Source: Eledone cirrhosa
Taxonomy: Eukaryota
Direction: 5' to 3'
NCBI GenBank assembly: GCA_964016885.1
Contig: OZ024740.1
Location: forward strand, 118,172,001-118,236,000
Length of the DNA: 64,000 bases
This document shows, in pieces, positions 54,414 through 64,000 of the stretch; positions within the stretch are counted from its first letter, which is position 1; the number at the start of each line of letters is the position of its first letter. The position numbers and the translations under genes were made by a program. The notes under the pieces were generated by a model that did no database searches, was not told where the DNA came from, and worked only from the letters and a program-made list of their open reading frames with translations.

Positions 54414-57400
54414 AAGAACACAAGAGCGTCTACAACATCAAAAGATTTTTATTGGCTAACAATGTTTCTTCCTTACGTGTAACCGTAGGATTCATCAGAG
54501 CTATAAAAGGGGTTTGATTGGTGTTATGGACTCTACCAACCAAACACCCAAGAACAAAGAGTAAAGAGAGTAAAGAGCAAAAGTAGGGGACGATAAGTCT
54601 AATTTTGGTGCGGGAGAGTGGGGTGTTGGTCCTTGTTTACTAACTGCGGTCATATTCATTCCCGGGGGTCGGGTGGTTAGCTGAACCATAGATGGGGTGG
54701 CGTCGATAGTATGGTGCAGAGGGTGCGCAGAGGCTACACAAACACAAAGGGCGTAGAATACATATATACATATAGCGGTGGAGAAAGTACATGAGGTAAT
54801 TAGAAATGGAAAAAGAGTAATAATAATAATCTATAATTAATAGTGTATAATAAGGCATGGGGAAGATTACACTATAATAAGGTATAAAGGTAAGAATAAG
54901 GTAAAATATAAAGGAGGATAAAAGTGGAAATAATAATAAAGATAAAAAATATATAGAGAATATATAAGGAAATATAAGCGAATATTTGGAGGGGAAAACA
55001 CAATGTAAAAAAACGATTTTTTTCAAACAATAATAAAAATATAATAATTATGGGGGGAGAAAACAGGATAGAGAAATATGATCAAGTGTGATTCGTTGAG
55101 AGAGTATAAGATGATAACAGTTATGTCCAGTTTATACATCTTAATAATAAATAATAAACAATGTGTATCAGAGTTGCAGAACCTTCAATTCACTTACGGG
55201 TTCAAGTCACGTGGCATGGTCCATTGTTTATCTGTGCGGTCATGTGCGTTTGTTTTTGACACCACAGCAGATGCACAAGTTTGTAAATTCCAATGCAGAT
55301 AGAAATCAATTTTTGCTCACCCGGACATTGACCGAGGATCCAATATTCCTAGTTCAATATGTGTTTGGTGTTATTTTGGTCGCACAAATCAATCAATTGG
55401 TTCAATATATGGAGTATGGTTTCCTCGTCTTCGTGACAGTGTCAGTGGTTGTATATTTGGAAGTCACAAGGATCACAGTACTCCGGTTTGGTGTGATTAT
55501 CGGTCATCCAGCTATGTTGTTGGTGGTTGGATTCAAATCTATTCGCCCAAACGTTGAACTTTGTTGTCGATAGGACATCCACGAAGCAGGGTGAGATCGC
55601 ATATGTGGTACAAAACGGTACGCAAGGAAATTCTTCGTCTTCGTTTCATCCGGGTCCAGTAGTCACGTGCAAGAACCGCTACGTAGTAATTGTGGGGTCA
55701 ATCAACTGACCGAAAATTCAGGCAGGCATAACAGCTTTTTTATGTGTGTACGTGTGTCCGACACACACAGACACATATCTATATGTATTTCAACCCCAAA
55801 AACTCAAATGATTCACCCAGTGGTACTACAATCGGTCAAGACAGTAACTGGCCGACAGTTCCCTTAGGAATTCAGACAGGCATGACAGGTATATTTAGGT
55901 CAAGAGCCTCCTTATGTGTTCGTGTGTTCGATATGCACAGTAACACATATGTATTGTCGAAGTTGAAACTGAGAACCACCACCCCTCCTGCTGACCTGGA
56001 TGTTTACTGAGGACCAGAACACCATTCTACGCAATATAAGAGCGAAATGCGCTTGCCGGACTATTGATGACCATAACATCACATTCCAATCTAGTGGCAA
56101 AATACAGTGAATGATATGCACGACCAGAACACCACAGCATGCATATCCAAACAGCACAGATATGATGTCAATGGGGGAATCAACTGAAATTTTTTGAGTT
56201 GAAACAGCACAGATATGATATCAACGGGGAAATCAACTGACATTTTTTGAGTTGAAATACATGTGGATATGTGTCTGTGTGTATCGAACACACGAACACA
56301 TAAGGAGTCTCTTGACCTAAATATACCTGTCATGCCTGTCTGAATTCCTAAGGGAACTGTCGGCCTGGCATGACAGGTATATTTAGGTCAAGAGACTCCT
56401 TATGTGTTCGTGTGTTCGATACACACAGACACATATCCACATGTATTTCAACTCAAAAAATGTCAGTTGATTCCCCCGTTGATATCATATCTGTGCTGTT
56501 TCAACTCAAAAAATTTCAGTTGATTCCCCCATTGACATCATATCTGTGCTGTTTGGATATGCATGCTGTGGTGTTCTGGTCGTGCATATCATTCACTGTA
56601 TTTTGCCACTAGATTGGAATGTGATGTTATGGTCATCAATAGTCCGGCAAGCGCATTTCGCTCTTATATTGCGTAGAATGGTGTTCTGGTCCTCAGTAAA
56701 CATCCAGGTCAGCAGGAGGGGTGGTGGTTCTCAGTTTCAACTTCGACAATACATATGTGTTACTGTGCATATCGAACACACGAACACATAAGGAGGCTCT
56801 TGACCTAAATATACCTGTCATGCCTGTCTGAATTCCTAAGGGAACTGTCGGCCAGTTACTGTCTTGACCGATTGTAGTACCACTGGGTGAATCATTTGAG
56901 TTTTTGGGGTTGAAATACATATAGATATGTGTCTGTGTGTGTCGGACACACGTACACACATAAAAAAGCTGTTATGCCTGCCTGAATTTTCGGTCAGTTG
57001 ATTGACCCCACAATTACTACGTAGCGGTTCTTGCACGTGACTACTGGACCCGGATGAAACGAAGACGAAGAATTTCCTTGCGTACCGTTTTGTACCACAG
57101 ATGCGATCTCACCCTGCTTCGTGGATGTCCTATCGACAACAAAGTTCAACATTTGGGCGAATAGATTTGAATCCAACCACCAACAACATAGCTGGATGAC
57201 CGATAATCACACCAAACCGGAGTACTGTGATCCTTGTGACTTCCAAATATACAACCACTGACACTGTCACGAAGACGAGGAAACCATACTCCATATATTG
57301 AACCAATTGATTGATTTGTGCGACCAAAATAACACCAAACACATATTGAACTAGGAATATTGGATCCTCGGTCAATGTCCGGGTGAGCAAAAATTGATTT

Positions 57401-58392
57401 CTATCTGCATTGGAATTTACAAACTTGTGCATCTGCTGTGGTGTCAAAAACAAACGCACATGACCGCACAGATAAACAATGGACCATGCCACGTGACTTG
57501 AACCCGTAAGTGAATTGAAGGTTCTGCAACTCTGATACACATTGTTTATTATTTATTATTAAGATGTATAAACTGGACATAACTGTTATCATCTTATACT
57601 CTCTCAACGAATCACACTTGATCATATTTCTCTATCCTGTTTTCTCCCCCCATAATTATTATATTTTTATTATTGTTTGAAAAAAATCGTTTTTTTACAT
57701 TGTGTTTTCCCCTCCAAATATTCGCTTATATTTCCTTATATATTCTCTATATATTTTTTATCTTTATTATTATTTCCACTTTTATCCTCCTTTATATTTT
57801 ACCTTATTCTTACCTTTATACCTTATTATAGTGTAATCTTCCCCATGCCTTATTATACACTATTAATTATAGATTATTATTATTACTCTTTTTCCATTTC
57901 TAATTACCTCATGTACCTTCTCCACCGCTATATGTATATATGTATTCTACGCCCTTTGTGTTTGTGTAGCCTCTGCGCACCCTCTGCACCATACTATCGA
58001 CGCCACCCCATCTATGGTTCAGCTAACCACCCGACCCCCGGGAATGAATATGACCGCAGTTAGTAAACAAGGACCAACACCCCACTCTCCCGCACCAAAA
58101 TTAGACTTATCGTCCCCTACTTTTGCTCTTTACTCTCTTTACTCTTTGTTCTTGGGTGTTTGGTTGGTAGAGTCCATAACACCAATCAAACCCCTTTTAT
58201 AGCTCTGATGAATCCTACGGTTACACGTAAGGAAGAAACATTGTTAGCCAATAAAAATCTTTTGATGTTGTAGACGCTCTTGTGTTATTTTTCATATATA
58301 AGGCTCTGCTCCAAAGCATAGAGCTAATTATTATGCTGCCAATACCTTAACGGGACACGGGTATATAATACCTAACTCCTACTAACCTAAGT
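54410..58392. mobile_element. 3.9-kb palindrome: non-autonomous HHR-bearing element inserted as two divergent copies
   Basis: 54410-56336 mirrors 56367-58293 with about 5 differences seen. HHR near each outer end. Extra ~95-nt tail at 58294-58392. (TA)n flanks. Confidence 0.88.
58195..58256 (+). ncRNA. Hammerhead ribozyme at the palindrome end (mirror at 54447-54508 on minus)
   Basis: ttttat-agct-CTGATGA-a-tcctacg-gttaca-cgtaagga-a-GAAAC-att-GTT-agc-caataaaa. The base of stem II is an A-A mismatch. Confidence 0.6.
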
Positions 58393-58406
58393 ATATATAT
58401 ATATAT

Positions 58407-59697
58407 AAAAATAACAGATTAAAGTTTAAGCAAAGAATCGTTGCTTTCACCCTTAACGGGATCTTCTGAAACTATCAAAGTCAATCTGTAAACGCAGAAG
58501 TGGATATTTCAAAAAGCGTTGCAACCGGAGGAAGACAGGAAGACGATACTTTGGTTCGTGGTAACGTTCCCTGGCAAAGAACGGGAAAAAACGAATATAA
58601 TACCTAATTAACAGGAGCGATGAAAAACAATTACACGCAAAGACAGAACCACGTTTATGGTATAAAAGAAGTCGTAGACTAATGTTCTCTTAGGTGGTTC
58701 ATAGAGACGTTCTCTGGCAATGAACGAAAAAAACGAAGATAATACGTCATATGTGGTGCGTAGAGAACAATTGCACGCAAAGACAAAACCACGTAAATGG
58801 TATAGCTGAAGTCGTAGACTAAAATTCTAACTAGGAAACCGAATGAATCTCCGCTTCAGATGTAGGGTGTGTGTGTATGTGTACTTCATGTTTTGGTTGA
58901 CATACGTCTCCGAAGATTTGTGTATTTACATGTAGGTATGTGTGTGCGCTTGTTATATACGTATTTATTTATTTATATACGTTTATTTAATTATTTATTT
59001 ATTTGTATACACGCACACACACACATATTTATATGTGCGTGGTTTTGTATACCTATGGCTAGTGTTTTCGCGTATGCTTGTGTATGTACGTATTTGGATG
59101 CGTGTATGTATTTATTTAATTTCTATTACCCCTGTATTGTATTTTATTTACTTTATTCTTAACTCTGAAGCGGAGATTCACTCGGTTTCCTAGTTAGAAT
59201 TTTAGTCTACGACTTCAGCTATACAATTTACGTGGTTTTGTCTTTGCGTGCAATTGTTATCCACGCTCCACATATGATGTATTATCTTCGTTTTTTCGTT
59301 CATTGCCAGTGAACGTCTCTATGAACCACCTAAGACACATTAGTCTACGACTTCTTTCATACCATAAACGTGGTTCTGTCTTTGCGTGTAATTGTTTTTC
59401 ACCGCTCCTATTAATGACGTATTATATTAGTTTTTTCCCGTTCTTTGCCAGGGAACGTTACCACGAACCAACGTATCGTCTTCCTGTCTTCCTCCGGTTG
59501 CAACGTTTTTTGAAATATCCACTTCTGCGTTTACAGATTGACTTTGTTAGTTTCAGAAGATCCCGTTAAGGGTGAAAGCAGCGATTCTTTGCTTAAACTT
59601 TAATCTGTTATTTTAATAAATATTTGCTCTACGGTTCTTATATATTTGATATATATTTATCCTTATCGAGCCCTCTTTGGATTTTAGTCTTCAAATT
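58407..59697. mobile_element. pLTR fold-back, family C
   Basis: 58407-58860 is the slightly diverged reverse complement of 59164-59614. Internal ~138-bp tandem duplication. Right arm has an extra ~80-nt tail. Confidence 0.85.
59549..59599 (+). ncRNA. Hammerhead-like motif with variant core CAGAAGA (family C)
   Basis: agttt-CAGAAGA-tccc-gttaa-gggt-GAA-AGCA..TGCT-T-aaact. The mirror arm has the same core. Confidence 0.5.
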
Positions 59698-59706
59698 TAT
59701 TATTAT

Positions 59707-59742
<36 letters not shown>

Positions 59743-59835
59743 ATAATAAGAAATATATATATATATTTATTTATTTATATATATAAATGAAGTATTTCCG
59801 TCAGAAAGGTACAGGAAAAAAGAGTGCTCTTCGGT

Positions 59836-61380
59836 AAAGACTTAATCAATACCTTTGCTAACCTAAACCTTAAAATTACTATAGATACGAATCTTACTAA
59901 TACTAACTTTCTTGATATCAATCTTGATGTACTTACCGCCTCTTTTAAACCTTATCATAAACCTAATGAACATTTAAGATATATATACAAAGAGTCATGC
60001 CATCCCTCTATAGTCTTTAAAAATCTTATTCCTAATATTAGCCGTAGGATTTCTACCTTATCTTCGTCTATAGACATTTTTAACAAATTACCCCTTATTA
60101 TAATTGGTGGTGGATTGGCAGTATCGGTGGAGGGTCGGACGTCATGCTTTCCAGCATAGTTACGTCCCTTTACGATCTGAGTTCAAATCCCGCCGAGGTT
60201 GACTTTGCCTTTCATCCTTACGGGGTAGATAAAATAAAGTACCAGTAATGCACTGGGTAATTGCTGGCCTTGTGCCTAAAGTAGAAACAATTATAATAAG
60301 GCCCTCAATAACAGCGGCTTCACCTTTCTAACACTAAACACAGTAACAAGAAAAGAAAATTATTTGGTTTACACCAGCCCTTCTCTCTAACTGTTAAAAC
60401 TAATGTAGGATGAAAATTCCTCGACCTCCTTCACAAACATTTTCCCCTTAATCATAGATATAATAAGATATTCAATAGAAATGTGGTTAAAATCAGTTAC
60501 TCTTGCTGCCCATCAAAGAAAACTAAAATTACCAACTCTAATAGTACTAAAGTAAATCCAGGATGCAGTTGCAGGAAGCCGTAAGAATACCCATTACAGG
60601 GTAAATGTAATACCAAATCTATTGTGTATGAGGCCAAATTGACACCAATGATTAATAACCAGCCAGCCAGGAGTAAACGATATGTTGGCATGACTCCGGA
60701 CAGATTTAAAACCAGGTATTATGCACATGTCGCTTCTTTCAAACACCCTGAAAAAAGAACAGCAACGTTGCTGGCAAATAAAGTGTGGGAGTTTAAAGAC
60801 ATAAACATTCTATACACTATTTATTGGTCTATTTTAGACCATTCAAGAGAATACCAAAGCGGCACAAAGAAATGTTCTTTGTGTACTACGGAAAAATTTA
60901 TAATTCTCCAAAACTTGAAAACCCATTGTCCCAACTCTAAGACCGAGATCTTTAGATGTTGTCCGCAGCTGAAATCGCATCTACTTTTTAACTGGATTAA
61001 CATACCAACGATTACTCAACACCTTGAGCTTCTTTATTATCACGCCTTCCGCTCACTACCAATTTCATTACCTTATGAACACATACTTCTACCAATATAT
61101 ACTTTTTCTCCCTCATCTCTTTCTATATATCATTTGACTTATATCCCGCCCCCTACTATCTACCATACCTTTAATACGTACACACCCACCACCTTTATCC
61201 TTTACCAAGATCACCTTTTAACTATATAGACTTATCCAGAACTCATCACAAATACTTACTCTCTACTACTACTTTTACACCCCTTTTCTCCCTTATCTGT
61301 TCTTAATAATTGTTTTTATTATTTTATTTCAGTTTTACTCCCCTTTGTCCTTACTTACCTACTAGGTTTTTAAGTGTACT
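59836..61380 (+). pseudogene. 5'-truncated PLE (RT thumb, linker, GIY-YIG) interrupted by a SINE
   Basis: TNFLDINLD..FKPYHKPNE; CSCRKP*EYPLQGKC; IVYEAK..RYVGMT..FKTRYYAH; CSLCTTEK; then a pyrimidine-rich 3' region. Confidence 0.85.
60105..60292 (+). mobile_element. S1 SINE inserted in the PLE
   Basis: TSD ttataat. Removing the SINE restores PYYN|KALNNSGF. Confidence 0.9.
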
Positions 61381-61424
61381 CACATATATACGTGTTTTTA
61401 TAGTTATATGTATGTGTGTGTGAC

Positions 61425-61455
<31 letters not shown>

Positions 61456-61459
61456 GTAT

Positions 61460-61544
<85 letters not shown>

Positions 61545-61564
61545 TATATGTATTTGTATATATG

Positions 61565-61635
<71 letters not shown>

Positions 61636-61698
61636 GCATACATATATACAAATACATATAAACAAATATATACATCATATATATATATATATTTATAT

Positions 61699-61778
61699 GT
61701 AGAAGTTCTATTTAAATTGTTGGGATACAACAAGCAAATATTTTTATAACTGATATAAAGCACGCAACAAATTATTTA
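61699..61778 (-). repeat. Inverted family-A pLTR tail at the 5' junction of the PLE
   Basis: tgtagaagttctatttaaattgttgggatacaacaagcaaat.. is the reverse complement of about 800-878. Confidence 0.8.
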
Positions 61779-61779
61779 A

Positions 61780-63760
61780 AATGAAATCATATCTATCATC
61801 CAAAGCATCAAATTCAAAAACAACTTCACAGGCCAGGATTACCTAAGAAATATCAAAGATAATATTGAAAACTTGGAGAAAACGGAAAAAATTCTAGTCA
61901 AGTCAGACAAAACCAATAATCTTTACGGAATACAAAAGGACATCTATAACGATCTTATATTAAAGGAATTAAGGAAGAAATACAAAATAACAACTAATGA
62001 CGACCTTGAAAAATTGAATACAGATGCCTCTTATATAATGCATGAATTAGGCATTGAAAATAGGACACAACCCTTTATGCCAAGGAAACCTAAAATTAAT
62101 ATGAAGGATCACAAAAGATACTTTGAAATTGAATTACCAGTCAGATTAATTAAACCATCTATATCGGACCTTGGCATACTTAGCAAGAATATTTTAGACA
62201 GAATAATACCGCAAATTAAGGAATTATCTTATTTAAAATTATGGAAAGGAACTAATGAAGTTATTGAATGGTTTAAGGAAATTAAATATAACTATAATAA
62301 TAAGTTTATTAAATTGGATATTGCTAATTATTACTCATCCATCACTCCTAATCTACTTAATAAAGCACTAACATATGCATTTAAACACACAGACTTAACT
62401 AGTAATGAAATGCACATTATCTTAACGGCACGGAAAACATTAATAGAATTTAACAACCAACTCTGGACTAGAGCAGATAGAAATAATAATTTCGATATCA
62501 CTATGGGATCATCCGATTCCGCTCAGGTAACGGATCTTGTGGGCCTTTTTATAAATAATTCTCTACATAGAAAAATACCTGAGATGACCGGAGGGTTATA
62601 TCGTGACGACATGCTATTATTTATCGAAAATAATAACTGTGAATTAAATAGGATAAGAAAAGAAATACAATTTTTTAATTACCTTAATCTAAAAGTAGAA
62701 ATAGAGAATAACCATAAAATAGTTAATTTTCTAGATGTAACCTTAAACCTTAACCAATGTCTTCATTATCCATTTCAAAAACTAAACGAGAACTTAAACT
62801 ACGTTAATTTTAACTCTAATCACCCCAGATCCGTTAAAAATACTACAGTGAATTCTGTACAGCAAGGCATTTCTAGAATTTCAGCTAATGAGAATATATT
62901 TGATGATAAAGCACATTATTACAACGAAGCGTTAGGTAGAGCTGGATATAGAAATAAAATTAAATACATTGATAATAATAATATAACAACTAACCATAAT
63001 CTTAACAATTGTAACAACTATAATAGAAAACCTTACAATAATTCGGAAAACAAAAAAAGAAATAGAACTAGGAATATATTATGGTTCGCTCCTCCTTTCT
63101 CATTAAATATTAAAACTCCTATTGCTAAACTATTCTTTAAAGCTCTAGACAAATGCTTCCCCAGAACACATAGCTATTACTCAATATTTAATAGACATAC
63201 TATAAAATTAACTTATTCATCCACCAAAAGTTTAGCGCAGAATATTAATAATATAAATTTAAAACCTAACCAAAATACCACTAATAACCCCAGCAATATC
63301 CAATTTAGTAATACAGCTCAATTTAATAATACAGCTCCTAGTGACTTAAATTTTGATAAATGTAACTGTAAAAATAAATCTAACTGTCCGTTAAATAACA
63401 ATTGCTTAGCTAAAAATATAGTATATAATTGTAATGTAAAAACTAATTTAAATTCATTTAATTATATAGCATCTACTTCCACAGATTTTAAATCTCGTTT
63501 TAATAACCATAAAAGCTCTTTTACGCATTTAAACAAAAACTCTTCAACTTCTCTATCTAGCTTATTATGGGACCTTAAATTAAAGAACGTTAAATATTCG
63601 TTAATTTGGAATATTGTGATCTTTGTGATCTTCAGAAAATTGTGATCTTTGTATAGAGGAAATATTCTTTATATTAAAAAGCAAAAATTCCCTGAACATA
63701 AGGAGCAATATTTTCAGTTGCTGCAAACATAGATTGAATTCAACGTTTAAATATAAATTT
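61780..63760 (+). pseudogene. 5'-truncated PLE ORF: RT, CxCx5Cx5C linker and GIY-YIG (track ORF 61873-63645, 590 aa)
   Basis: KSDKT, FIKLDIANYYSSI, MGSSDSAQ, GGLYRDDM, NFLDV, CNCKNKSNCPLNNNC, NIVY..YIAST. The C-terminal CDLCIEE..LNIRS..CCKHR lies in a shifted frame after about 63620. Confidence 0.9.
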
Positions 63761-64000
63761 AAAATGTAATATATAATTAATTCTATTAAATATATTGAAC
63801 CTATCGATAAATCATTAGATTCCTTCATTTGACTGCTTAAAACTCTCAAATATAAAAAAAAACTTTCCTAGAAAATGTTTCTAGATAAACATACTGAAAG
63901 CTCTTAAAAGGGGAAAATATTTTCTTTGAGATTTTCTCCTATTTTTGAAAGTTTCTCTTTCTCTTTTTCTTTGAAAATTTCCTATATGGTTATAAAAATT

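Noticed and set aside
54501-58202. Mirror-image ORF pairs as duplicated genes
   Set aside because: They are a by-product of the palindrome, and none of the track ORFs resembles a known protein.
48567-63760. Selenocysteine (UGA) recoding as in some Naiad PLEs
   Set aside because: The endonuclease is C-terminal, not N-terminal as in Naiads. The linker and endonuclease cysteines I checked are ordinary codons or plain substitutions, and the disruptions are TAG/TAA stops or frameshifts. The TGA at 57259 lies in a frame that also has a TAG.

Overview
AT-rich, microsatellite-dense eukaryotic (animal) DNA with no confidently supported host gene. The SINE, RTE and microsatellite content suggests a mollusc, probably an octopus (inference). 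Most short ORFs in the track are (TA)n/(CA)n/(GA)n artefacts. The window is dominated by Penelope-like retroelements (PLEs) and their non-autonomous companions, almost all inserted into (TA)n. These include a near-complete but disrupted PLE (47.3-51.1 kb), a 5'-truncated PLE with a long RT plus GIY-YIG ORF (61.7-64 kb), three other PLE fragments, and about ten fold-back insertions whose repeats carry type I hammerhead ribozymes (HHRs). At least eight HHR sequence families are readable by eye, including variant cores (UUGAGAA, CAGAAGA). The most striking element is a near-identical 311-bp tandem array (7 units plus about 2.6 inverted units, 51.1-54.2 kb). Each unit has a minimal hammerhead inside a highly structured RNA, making it a retrozyme-like candidate circular-RNA element. 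It lies near a 3.9-kb HHR-tipped palindrome. Nearly all these insertions share one geometry: two divergent arms with both RNA 3' ends pointing outward, one arm about 35-100 nt longer than the other. Also present are decayed Gypsy, hAT, RTE and R4/Dong-like fragments and many tRNA-derived SINEs.
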